Assembly: GCA_035465695.1 (NCBI GenBank)
Contig: DATIVR010000017.1
Span: 71 to 64,070, forward strand
Length of the DNA stretch: 64,000 nt
Reading direction: 5' to 3'
Origin: Gammaproteobacteria bacterium
Lineage (GTDB): Bacteria > Pseudomonadota > Gammaproteobacteria > Natronospirales > REEB76
Shown here piece after piece: positions 51,730-60,332 of this stretch. The translations under genes and the position numbers were made by a program. Under the pieces are notes generated by a model, which had not been told where the DNA came from, searched no databases, and saw only the letters and a list, made by a program, of their open reading frames with translations. Position 1 is the first letter of the stretch; every line of letters starts with the position of its first letter.

Positions 51730-53018
51730 AGCGTAACCACTTGTATCTCGCGCTGGCGCTGACGGGCCTGTTCGTTGCTCCGGCCCTTGCCGACACCTAC
51801 GCCATCACCGGCGGCACGGTGTACACCCTCGGTGCCGCGGGCAAGATCGAGCACGGCACCGTGGTCATCAAGGACGGCAAGATTACGGCAGTCGGTGCCG
51901 GCGTGGCCATCCCCGCGGACGCCAAGCGCATCGATGCCACCGGCAAGATGGTCACGCCGGGGATCATCGATCCCGAAAGCGTGTTCGGCCTGGACGAAGT
52001 GGATGCGGTCAATCAGACCCAGGACTCGGCCATCACCAGCACCCACTTCACGGCATCCTTCGATCCGACCGCAGGCATCAACCCGCGTTCCATGGTGATC
52101 CCCGTGAACCGCGTGGAAGGCGTGACCCGTGCGGTGATCGCGCCGGGCAACAACAGCAGCGTGCTGCAGGGCCGCGGCAGCGTGATCTCACTGGATGGGC
52201 TCACGGGCTATGTGCTGAAGGATCCGGTGGCGATGTTCGTGACGCTGGGCGAAGCCGGGCAGAAGACCGCCGGCGGTGCTCGCGCTGGCGCGCTCATGGC
52301 TCTGCGCGAAGCCTTCCAGGACGCCAAGGACTATGCCGCCAACCGCGTGGCCTATGACAAGGCCGCGCGCCGCGGCTACAGCCTGTCGCGGGAAGATCTG
52401 GAAGCACTGCAGCCCGTCCTCAAGGGCAAGATGCCGCTGGTGGTGCAGGTGGACCGGGCCAGCGACATCGAAGCCGCCTTGGCGCTGGCTTCCGAGTTCA
52501 GACTCAAGTTGGTGGTGTCCGGCGGTGCCGAAGCCTGGATGGTGGCGGACGAGCTGGCCAAGGCCAAGGTGCCGGTGATCCTCAATCCCACCCGCGATTT
52601 GCCGGAGGCCTTCGAGTCGCTGGGCGCGGACTTCCAGGATGCGGTGCGCCTGCAGAAGGCCGGCGTACTCATCGCCTTCGAAGTGGGCGATACCCACAAG
52701 TCGTGGAACGTGCGCCAGTACGGCGGCATCGCGGTCTCCAATGGGCTACCTTGGCTGGAAGCGGTGAAGGCCATGACCCTGAACCCGGCCCGCATCTACG
52801 GCCTGGATAAAGGTGTGGGCACCCTGGAGGTGGGCAAGGACGCGGACTTGGTGGTGTGGAGCGGCGATCCATTGGAGGTCACGAGCTTCGCCGATCAGGT
52901 GTTCATCCGTGGCAAGGCCATCCCGATGACCGACCGCCAGCGTGAACTGCGCGACCGTTATCTGCCTTACGTCAAACCGGATGCCCCGGTTTTGCCGCCA
53001 GCGTATTCCTCGCCCTGA
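51726..53018 (+). CDS. Exported amidohydrolase-fold paralog lacking the canonical metal-binding histidines
   Basis: The GTG start overlaps the upstream stop (GTGA, 51726-51729). Signal peptide ...FVAPALA. By-eye alignment gives GIIDPESVFG in place of GIIDVHSHLG, VVQVDRAS in place of VQMHCYRA, and VVSGGAEA in place of AAFHHAVEA. Confidence 0.82.
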   Translation: MKRNHLYLALALTGLFVAPALADTYAITGGTVYTLGAAGKIEHGTVVIKDGKITAVGAGVAIPADAKRIDATGKMVTPGIIDPESVFGLDEVDAVNQTQDSAITSTHFTASFDPTAGINPRSMVIPVNRVEGVTRAVIAPGNNSSVLQGRGSVISLDGLTGYVLKDPVAMFVTLGEAGQKTAGGARAGALMALREAFQDAKDYAANRVAYDKAARRGYSLSREDLEALQPVLKGKMPLVVQVDRASDIEAALALASEFRLKLVVSGGAEAWMVADELAKAKVPVILNPTRDLPEAFESLGADFQDAVRLQKAGVLIAFEVGDTHKSWNVRQYGGIAVSNGLPWLEAVKAMTLNPARIYGLDKGVGTLEVGKDADLVVWSGDPLEVTSFADQVFIRGKAIPMTDRQRELRDRYLPYVKPDAPVLPPAYSSP

Positions 53019-53102
53019 TGTGACAGTCCTGCCCGCGGCGAGGTCAACCTCGCCGCGGCCCTGGCGCTATACTTCCCGGACTCTTCCTCCGTGAGGCCGG
53101 GC

Positions 53103-53759
53103 ATGCGCGTCGTGATCCGTACAGTGCTGGGACTCTCCGCTGTCGCGCTGCTGCTCGGTGCCTCCAACTGCACCAAGAACAACGCTTCGGATGCCCCCCA
53201 GTTCGTCACCACCCTCACGGTGGAGGACATCAGCGGCCAGACCAGTACCGCCTTCGCCCGGGGCCAGACCATCCAGTTCGTACTCACTATCCGCAGCCGC
53301 TCCGTCCAGTCGCAATCGCTGTTCTTCAACAGCAGCGAGCTGTTGAACCTGGCGGTGGTGGACTTGGGCACCGCCAGCGTGGTGTGGACCTGCGACGGCG
53401 ATGCCAGCAGCGTCACCACCCCCAGTTGCACCATCAATGACAACGGTCTGGGCAAGCCCGCCAGCGGCGGCTCCGGCTTCAACGAGATGGACTTCGCCCC
53501 CTTCGAGACCAAGACCGTGACCGTCACCTGGAATCAGGCCAACAACGCCGGCAACCAAGTGGCCGGCAACGATGGCGGCACCGCCATCACCGATACCACC
53601 GGCAAGTACGAGGTGATGGGCGGGTTCACCGTCTACAACACCAAGGGTCCTGGCAATGCCGCCGACAACGGCAGCTCCATGGCGGAAGGGGCCCCCACTG
53701 CCGGCCAACTCTTCCCCAGCGTGTACCGCTCCACACTGAGCCCCTTCACCATCCACTGA
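53103..53759 (+). CDS. Hypothetical lipoprotein (Ig-like, possibly BsuPI-type inhibitor fold)
   Basis: Start placed at ATG 53103 (MRVVIRTVLGLSAVALLLGASNC lipobox, GAGG 6 nt upstream). The track start is GTG 53091. The beta-rich FVLTIRSRS...LNLAVVD...TVTVTWNQ pattern is only suggestive. Confidence 0.62.
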   Translation: MRVVIRTVLGLSAVALLLGASNCTKNNASDAPQFVTTLTVEDISGQTSTAFARGQTIQFVLTIRSRSVQSQSLFFNSSELLNLAVVDLGTASVVWTCDGDASSVTTPSCTINDNGLGKPASGGSGFNEMDFAPFETKTVTVTWNQANNAGNQVAGNDGGTAITDTTGKYEVMGGFTVYNTKGPGNAADNGSSMAEGAPTAGQLFPSVYRSTLSPFTIH

Positions 53760-53768
53760 CGTAAGACC

Positions 53769-55019
53769 ATGGGCCGCCTGCCGTTCCTGTTGCTAGCCCT
53801 CTTCGTGTTGGGGGTTCGCAGCGCAGGCGCTGCGGCTGCCTGCGACAAGGACACCGGCATCACCCTGCCACGCGGGTTCTGCGCCACGGTGTTCGCCGAC
53901 GATCTCGGTACGGCGCGCCATATGGTCGTCGGGACAGACGGCACCTTGTATGTGGCTCTGCAATCGGTGGAGAAGGGAGGCGCCTTGGTGGCCTTGCGTG
54001 ACAGTAATGGTGACGGCCATGCGGACCAGGTGCGCCGCGTAGGTGATCAGGGCGGCAGCGGCGTGGCGCTCTACGGGGGCTACGTCTATTTCGCCACGCC
54101 GACCTCGGTGCTCCGTTATCGCATCGGCAAGGATGGGATACCGGATGCCGCTGCCCAGACCGTCGTGGATGGTTTTCCGGAGCAGGGCGAGCATGCGGCC
54201 AAGAGCATCGCCATCAGTGATGACGGCGAGCTTTACGTGAACGTGGGCGCGCCGTCCAATGCCTGCCAGAAGCAGGATCGGGCCGCTGGCTCCTGGGGCG
54301 AGGCACCTTGCCCGCTCCTGTCGGAGCACGGCGGCATCTGGCGCTTCGCGGCAGGCAAGACCGGCCAGCATTTCCCACGGGACGGCGAACGGTATGCCAC
54401 CGGCATCCGCAATGCGGTCGCCATCACCTGGACGTCTGACGGTCTCTACGCGGCGCAGATGGGCCGTGACCAGTTGTCCGACAATTGGCCCAAGCTTTAC
54501 AGCGATGCCCAGAGCGCGGAATTGCCGGGCGAGGAGTTGTTCGCCGTGCACCCGGGCGAGGATTTCGGCTGGCCATACTGCTACTACGACCAGATCCAGA
54601 AGAAGAAAGTGCAGGCGCCGGAATACGGTGGCGATGGGAAGAAGGTGGGCGACTGCGAAAAGTACGGCCAGCCACTCATCGCCTTTCCTGGGCACTGGGC
54701 GCCGGAAGCGTTGTTGTTCTATAGCGGGAAGCAGTTTCCCGCCGCGTACCGCAGCGGGGCGTTCGTGAGCTTCCATGGTTCCTGGAATCGGGCACCGCTT
54801 CCCCAGGCCGGATTCCGCGTGGTGTTCCTGCCCTTCAAGGATGGCAAGCCCGGTGCATACCAGACTTTCGCGGATGGCTTCGCGGCCAGACGCAGGATCG
54901 AGTCCTCCAGCGATGCCCGTTATCGGCCCATGGGATTGGCCGAGGGTCCGCGTGGGTCGCTATATATAGGTGATACGCAGCATGGCCGGATCTGGAAGGT
55001 CATCTATACCGGGCGCTAA
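53769..55019 (+). CDS. Exported PQQ-dependent sugar (glucose/sorbosone) dehydrogenase-family beta-propeller protein
   Basis: Signal peptide. GFCATVFADDLG, LYVNVGAPSNAC, GGIWRF, GIRNAV, DFGWPYCYYD and GSLYIGD motifs. Confidence 0.8.
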   Translation: MGRLPFLLLALFVLGVRSAGAAAACDKDTGITLPRGFCATVFADDLGTARHMVVGTDGTLYVALQSVEKGGALVALRDSNGDGHADQVRRVGDQGGSGVALYGGYVYFATPTSVLRYRIGKDGIPDAAAQTVVDGFPEQGEHAAKSIAISDDGELYVNVGAPSNACQKQDRAAGSWGEAPCPLLSEHGGIWRFAAGKTGQHFPRDGERYATGIRNAVAITWTSDGLYAAQMGRDQLSDNWPKLYSDAQSAELPGEELFAVHPGEDFGWPYCYYDQIQKKKVQAPEYGGDGKKVGDCEKYGQPLIAFPGHWAPEALLFYSGKQFPAAYRSGAFVSFHGSWNRAPLPQAGFRVVFLPFKDGKPGAYQTFADGFAARRRIESSSDARYRPMGLAEGPRGSLYIGDTQHGRIWKVIYTGR

Positions 55020-55081
55020 GACATCAGTCTGAACGCTGCGCTACGCATCCAGCTCCGCTTTGCGGCCCAGCCCGCACATCC

Positions 55082-55498
55082 ATGTCCTCCCGCTCGCCGC
55101 ACGGCGAACCCGGTATGATGGCCGCCATCCTGGATGGCGGCGCTTCCATGCTCACGGTCCTGTCGTTCCTGTTCCTGGTGGTGATGCTGGCGGGGAGCGC
55201 GCTCGCGGTGCTGGAACGGCGCGGCCGGGCACTGCCTCTCAAGGTCAGCGCCACCCACGGTGTGTTGGGCATACTCGCCATCGTGTTGCTGGTGATGCAA
55301 GCCATGGCGCATCCGGCCAATCATCCGGCCAATCTCGCCATCTTGATATTCATGCTGGCCGCCTTGGGCGGACTCCTGTTGTTTGCCTTCCGCGCCGCCA
55401 AACAGGCTCTGCCGCTCGGTGTGGTGTTGTTGCACGGGCTGTTCGCGGTGGTGGGACTCCTGTTCCTGGTGGTGGGTTGCCTGAGGGCGGGCGGCTGA
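55082..55498 (+). CDS. Small 4-TM membrane protein, unknown function
   Basis: 138 aa of hydrophobic helices. The competing frame (track ORF 55060..) is Arg/Gly-rich junk over this span. The start is uncertain (ATGs also at 55115 and 55118). Confidence 0.55.
   Translation: MSSRSPHGEPGMMAAILDGGASMLTVLSFLFLVVMLAGSALAVLERRGRALPLKVSATHGVLGILAIVLLVMQAMAHPANHPANLAILIFMLAALGGLLLFAFRAAKQALPLGVVLLHGLFAVVGLLFLVVGCLRAGG
55311..55334 (+). repeat. Perfect 12-bp tandem duplication ATCCGGCCAATC x2 (encodes HPAN-HPAN)
   Basis: Read directly: atccggccaatc atccggccaatc. In frame within the small membrane protein gene. Confidence 0.95.
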
Positions 55499-55890
55499 TG
55501 GAGACGCGTCCCATGCGGCTCACGCGACTGCACGCGTCCGGCGCGGCGCTGGACGTGGCAGCATTGGCGCTGTTGTTCATGGAGATCCTGCTCTGGGTGC
55601 CTGCCAGCCAGGCAGACCGCGATGTGTTGGTGCTGGTGGGCTGCGTAGTTCCCATCTCATTCGCCGTGTTTCTGCTGGTACCGCGCCGCGCCGGACTCCT
55701 GCGGGAGACCGCGGTCCCCGCCCGCTCGCTCATGGTCTACGCCACGCTTGGCGCGCCCATCGTGGTGGGGTTGCTCACGCTGCTACTGGTGGGCATGAGC
55801 CGGAGTTTCGACAGTTTTGCCGGTTTCGCCCTGGTGCTTGCGGCGGATGCCGGCCGCAATCTTTGCGAGTGGCTGCGCAACCGCCACTAA
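55498..55890 (+). CDS. Small membrane protein, unknown function
   Basis: 130 aa. METRPMRLTRLHASGAALDVAALALLFMEILLWVP... with 4 hydrophobic helices. Its ATG overlaps the upstream TGA by 1 nt (TGATG at 55496-55500). Confidence 0.55.
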   Translation: METRPMRLTRLHASGAALDVAALALLFMEILLWVPASQADRDVLVLVGCVVPISFAVFLLVPRRAGLLRETAVPARSLMVYATLGAPIVVGLLTLLLVGMSRSFDSFAGFALVLAADAGRNLCEWLRNRH

Positions 55891-56073
55891 GCGGAATCCG
55901 CCACACGATGCCAAGGTCCTGCGTGGCGCGTCGATTGAAGCTCAAAGCGGCATGCCAGGACCGGAAATCCGGCCGAGAAGACCGTAAGACCGGTGATTCC
56001 CGTAGTGTGGGATTTGGGAATTTAGGCTACTCTTGGGTCAAGTCTGGTTATGGAAAACCCGCGATAAGGGTCC

Positions 56074-58527
56074 ATGCCGGACCCGAAAAGGCGATTTTTC
56101 TGGGGTCCCATCACGCTCATGCCCGGCTTCCTCAAAAGCAAAACCGTCTGGAGCAGCGTCGTCATCTTCGCGCTGACCCTGCTGGCCCTGTTCCAGGGCG
56201 GCATGAGCGTGGAATGGGCGGGCTACGGCTTCGGCCATGCGCTCGCGCCCAAGCGCGCCGTCAATCCGCAGGTGGCGGTGGTGGCCATCGATGCCGCCGC
56301 CCTCAAGCAATACGGGCCATGGCCCTGGCCACGCAGCACGCTGGCCAAGCTGGTGGACATACTGGGCGACGACAAGGCCGGCGTGGTGGCGATCACCGAG
56401 GACCTCTCGGCCCCGCAGAACGCCGTAGCGCTCGACTATCTCAACCAACTGCAGCCGCTCGCGACCGCTGCCAACGACACGGCCGTCACCGCCAAACTGG
56501 GGGAGGCCCAGGCCGCTCTCGACACCGATGGCGCACTCATGACCAGCATGGTGAAGTCCGGGCATGTGTTGATAGCGGCGCGGGGTTCCCGCACCAGCGC
56601 CGCCAAACCTGATTCCGACGGCAGCCCCGCCTTCACTCTCCCCATCGACGCGCCCAATGCCCCTACGGTGTCCTTCGACACGCCGTTGCCGAAGTTCGTC
56701 AATGCCGCCCGTGGCGTGGGATTCGTTGATGAGGCCCCGGGGGCCGCGCAAGTGGCGCCACTGCTGGTGCAATACCAGGGCCACACGGTGGCGACCTTGG
56801 CGTTGTTGGCGGCCGCGCGTGAACAGGACATCGAGATCAGCCGCATCGGCGTGCAGACCTTCGGCGGACTCACCCTGGGCGATGATGTCATCCGTACCAA
56901 TCGCAGCATGGAAGTCCTGTCGCAGGATCGGGCTGGCGATATCCCGCGTTATGGTATCGGCGAAGTGCTGGCCGGCTCCGTCCCGGCGGAGAAGCTGGCA
57001 GGCAAAGTGGTGCTGGTGGGACGAGTGGAGACCGGGCGCGAGCCGGTGCTGGCTGCCGCGGTGCTGGTGTCGGGCATCCTCAATGGCGATCTGATATCAA
57101 CGCCGTTCTGGGCCTGGGGCTTGCGTGGCTTGCTGGTGGTGGCCGTGGGTCTCTATCTGGTCTTGCTGCTGCCGCGCCTCGGCCGCATCGCTGGGATCGC
57201 GCTCACCGCAGTAGTGGCGGTGAGCCTGTTGCTCGGTGAATTCCTGCCACTGCTCTCCCAGTCTTTATGGTTGCCGTTGATGTTGCCGTTGTGGTTCCTG
57301 GTGGTGGGTCATCTCGCTCTCGGCGCCATGAATTTCGTGCGCGAGCGTGGCGGCGTCTCCCGCGGCGCCATGTCGGAGCTCAACCGCGAGTACGCGATGG
57401 CATTGCAGGCACTCAACCGCTTCGACCACAGCTTCCAGCGCTTCAAGCTGTGTCTGCCCTCGCGCATGCTCTGCGATAACCTCATGAACCTCGGCCAGGA
57501 GCATGAGCGCGGTCGCCGTTACGCCCAGGCGCTGGAGGTCTATGCTTACATCCAGAAGATCGCACCGACCTACGAAGGACTCGGCGAACGGCTGGAACGG
57601 CTGCGGCAACTGGAGAGCACCCCGTCTCTCACCCGCACCGGTGCCGCCTCCACGCTCTCTCGCGCACTCAATAGCGGCGGCGTGCAGAAGCCCATGTTGG
57701 GCCGCTATGAGCTGGTGCAGGAACTGGGACGCGGCGCCATGGGCATCGTGTACCTCGGCAAGGACGCCAAGATCGGCCGGCAGGTGGCCATCAAGACACT
57801 GGCTTTGTCCGACGAGTTCGACGGCGATGCATTGAAGGACGTGCATGACCGTTTCTTCCGCGAGGCGGAGACCGCCGGGCGTCTCAACCACAGCAACATC
57901 GTCACCATCTATGACGTAGGCGAGGACCAGGGCCTGGCCTACATCGCCATGGACTACCTGCAGGGCGAGTCGCTCGGAAAGTACACCGATTCCAAGAACC
58001 TGTTGCCCATGGGCGAGGCGCTCGCGGTGGCCGTCAAAGTGGCAGAGGGATTGGATTACGCACACAAGCACCACGTGGTACACCGGGACATCAAGCCCGC
58101 CAACATCATGTACGACCGCGGCACCGGCCGGGTGAAGATCACCGACTTCGGCATCGCCGCACTCACCGACATGAGCAAGACCAAGACCGGCACCATCCTT
58201 GGCAGCCCGCTGTACATGTCGCCGGAACAGGTGTCGGGCAACAAGCTGGACGGGCGTAGCGACCTGTATTCGTTGGGTGTCACGCTCTACCAGCTGCTGC
58301 GTGGCGAGCTGCCGTTCGAGGCTCCCTCACTCACCGGTCTCATGTTCAAGATCGCCAACGAGCCGCATCCGGACGTGACCTTCCTGCGTCCCGACATCCC
58401 GCCTACAGTGAAGGTGGTGATAGACAAGGCGCTGCAGAAGGATCCCGATGCGCGCTTCCAGACCGGGATGGAATTTGCCAACGCCTTGCGCCTCGCACTT
58501 GGCGTGCGCAAGCGTGCGCCCGCCTGA
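56074..58527 (+). CDS. CHASE2 sensor domain - transmembrane - Hanks-type Ser/Thr protein kinase
   Basis: N-terminal TM helix, then a CHASE2-like periplasmic region (VAVVAIDAAALKQYGPWPWPRS..), 3 TM helices and a TPR-like linker. The kinase domain has GRGAMGIVYLG, VAIK, HRDIKPANI, DFGIA and SPEQ. An alternative ATG lies at 56119. Confidence 0.88.
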   Translation: MPDPKRRFFWGPITLMPGFLKSKTVWSSVVIFALTLLALFQGGMSVEWAGYGFGHALAPKRAVNPQVAVVAIDAAALKQYGPWPWPRSTLAKLVDILGDDKAGVVAITEDLSAPQNAVALDYLNQLQPLATAANDTAVTAKLGEAQAALDTDGALMTSMVKSGHVLIAARGSRTSAAKPDSDGSPAFTLPIDAPNAPTVSFDTPLPKFVNAARGVGFVDEAPGAAQVAPLLVQYQGHTVATLALLAAAREQDIEISRIGVQTFGGLTLGDDVIRTNRSMEVLSQDRAGDIPRYGIGEVLAGSVPAEKLAGKVVLVGRVETGREPVLAAAVLVSGILNGDLISTPFWAWGLRGLLVVAVGLYLVLLLPRLGRIAGIALTAVVAVSLLLGEFLPLLSQSLWLPLMLPLWFLVVGHLALGAMNFVRERGGVSRGAMSELNREYAMALQALNRFDHSFQRFKLCLPSRMLCDNLMNLGQEHERGRRYAQALEVYAYIQKIAPTYEGLGERLERLRQLESTPSLTRTGAASTLSRALNSGGVQKPMLGRYELVQELGRGAMGIVYLGKDAKIGRQVAIKTLALSDEFDGDALKDVHDRFFREAETAGRLNHSNIVTIYDVGEDQGLAYIAMDYLQGESLGKYTDSKNLLPMGEALAVAVKVAEGLDYAHKHHVVHRDIKPANIMYDRGTGRVKITDFGIAALTDMSKTKTGTILGSPLYMSPEQVSGNKLDGRSDLYSLGVTLYQLLRGELPFEAPSLTGLMFKIANEPHPDVTFLRPDIPPTVKVVIDKALQKDPDARFQTGMEFANALRLALGVRKRAPA

Positions 58528-58575
58528 CATAACTCAGTCAGAAAACAACTGCACCTGATAACTGTTTCACAAATC

Positions 58576-58602
58576 CGTTACAAAGCACCGACTTATGTAA
58601 CG
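58576..58602. promoter_or_regulatory. Inverted repeat CGTTACA-N13-TGTAACG in the AT-rich leader of the OMP gene
   Basis: A 7-bp perfect arm pair about 90 nt upstream of the ATG at 58688. Candidate regulator site. Sequence observation only. Confidence 0.3.
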
Positions 58603-58687
58603 AATGCCTTCGGCACGCCGATGCCGACGGCTAGAGTGCGGTTGCGTGGCTGCATATGCGCCGCATCCCTGACGGAGAAGAACAAAG

Positions 58688-59242
58688 ATGATCATGCGTA
58701 TCCTCACCGCATCGCTGCTGCTGGCGGCGGCGCTGCCAATCGGCGCCCAGGCGGATAACTTCGATTACACCTATGCCGAGGGCTCGGTCATCAGCGTGAA
58801 TCCCAGCAACAGCAGCGGCAGTCCTTCCGGTCCTGGCGTGGACGGTTCCCTGGCGCTGGCTCCCAATGCCCATGTGTTCGCCGGCTACAGCCACGTGTCA
58901 TGCTGCAACATCAGCCGGAACACCTTCGACATCGGCGCGGGATGGAATACGCCTCTCGCCCAGCAACTGGACCTGTTCGTGGACGGCGAATTCCTGAGCG
59001 TCAACAGCAGCGGCAATGGCACCGATAGCGGTTGGGGCGCCACCGGCGGCCTGCGTTGGTGGCTGGTGGATCGCCTGGAGTTCGACGGCACTGTGAGCCA
59101 CACCGATATCAGCGGCAACACCGAGAACACCCTGGGGGCCCGCGTGCTGTGGACCTTCGATCCGCACTGGCGCGTGTTCGCCGGTGCCAGCAATAACTCG
59201 GACGAGAACGTCTACATGATCGGCGCGCGCTACGACTTCTGA
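58688..59242 (+). CDS. Small outer-membrane beta-barrel protein (OmpW/OmpA-like 8-strand class)
   Basis: Signal peptide ...LPIGAQA. Alternating amphipathic strands. C-terminal ...MIGARYDF with terminal Phe, typical of OMPs. GGAGAAG SD. Confidence 0.75.
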   Translation: MIMRILTASLLLAAALPIGAQADNFDYTYAEGSVISVNPSNSSGSPSGPGVDGSLALAPNAHVFAGYSHVSCCNISRNTFDIGAGWNTPLAQQLDLFVDGEFLSVNSSGNGTDSGWGATGGLRWWLVDRLEFDGTVSHTDISGNTENTLGARVLWTFDPHWRVFAGASNNSDENVYMIGARYDF

Positions 59243-59265
59243 CGTCGCGCGCAGCCTGAGCGAGA

Positions 59266-59292
59266 AGCCCTCCGCGCGAGGGCTGCTTTTTT
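59266..59292 (+). terminator. Rho-independent terminator after the OMP gene
   Basis: AGCCCTC-CGCGC-GAGGGCT stem-loop, then GC and TTTTTT. It begins 24 nt after the stop. Confidence 0.8.
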
Positions 59293-59339
59293 GCCCGGAA
59301 AGAATGTGCGAGAATGCCGCATCTTCCGGGAGTTCCGCC

Positions 59340-60332
59340 ATGGACAAGACCTTCACCGCTTTCCGCATCCACGAGATCGAGAAGAGGATCTCGGCCCGCT
59401 TCGAGCAGTTGACGCTCGACGACCTCTCGCCGGGTGAGGTGGTGGTGAAGGTGAGCCACTCCAGCGTCAACTATAAGGACGCGCTGACCGCCACCGGCAA
59501 AGGCAAGATCCTGCGACGCTTCCCCTTGGTCGGAGGCATCGACCTCGCAGGTACCGTGGCCAGCTCCAGCGACAAGCGCTACAAGAAGGGCCAGAAGATC
59601 CTGGTCACCGGCTGCGGCCTGGGCGAGGACCATGACGGCGGATACGCCGAATATGCGAGGGTGAAGGGCGAGTGGGTGATCCCCATGCCGAAGGGCTTCA
59701 CGCCCGAGACCGCCATGATGGTAGGTACCGCCGGCTTCACCGCCGCGCTCGCCATCGAGAAGCTGGAACACAATGGGCTGAATCCGAAAGGCAAACCCGT
59801 GATCGTCACCGGCGCCACCGGCGGCGTGGGTAGCATCGCGGTGAACATGTTGGCCAAGAGGGGCTATGAGGTGGTGGCCGTCACCGGCAAGAAGGAGTCC
59901 CAGGACTATCTCAAGCAGCTCGGCGCTTCCAGCATCCTGCTGCGTAGCGAGATCGATTATGGCAGCAGGCCCTTGGAACGCATCCAGTGGCAGGGCGCCG
60001 TGGACAACGTCGGTGGCGAGATGCTCACATGGCTTACCCGCACCACAGACTGGTGGGGCAGCATCGCTTCCATCGGGCTGGCTGGCGGCCACGAACTGCA
60101 CACGACGGTGATGCCCTTCATCCTGCGCGGCGTGAACCTGCTCGGCATCAACTCCATGGCCACGCCGCGCAAGACCCGACTCAAGGTCTGGAACCGTATC
60201 GCCGGCGACCTCAGACCCAGCAAGCTCAAGCTCATCGGTCACCAAATGGTGGTATTCGACCAATTGCCCCAGGTCTTTCCCAAGATCCTGGACGGCCGAC
60301 ACCTGGGTCGCATCTTCGTAAAAATCTCATGA
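59340..60332 (+). CDS. acuI: YhdH/AcuI-type NADPH-dependent acrylyl-CoA reductase (MDR quinone oxidoreductase family)
   Basis: Start placed at ATG 59340 (MDKTFTAFRIHE...). SSVNYKDALTATGKGKILRRFPLVGGIDLAG and VTGATGGVGSIAV are characteristic of the YhdH subgroup. Confidence 0.85.
   Translation: MDKTFTAFRIHEIEKRISARFEQLTLDDLSPGEVVVKVSHSSVNYKDALTATGKGKILRRFPLVGGIDLAGTVASSSDKRYKKGQKILVTGCGLGEDHDGGYAEYARVKGEWVIPMPKGFTPETAMMVGTAGFTAALAIEKLEHNGLNPKGKPVIVTGATGGVGSIAVNMLAKRGYEVVAVTGKKESQDYLKQLGASSILLRSEIDYGSRPLERIQWQGAVDNVGGEMLTWLTRTTDWWGSIASIGLAGGHELHTTVMPFILRGVNLLGINSMATPRKTRLKVWNRIAGDLRPSKLKLIGHQMVVFDQLPQVFPKILDGRHLGRIFVKIS

Noticed and set aside
59987-60328. Upstream extension of the CysH-like ORF into acuI (track start 59987)
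   Set aside because: The extension is high-G+C Arg-rich shadow sequence inside acuI. Homology to CysH and the compositional switch both begin at ATG 60329.
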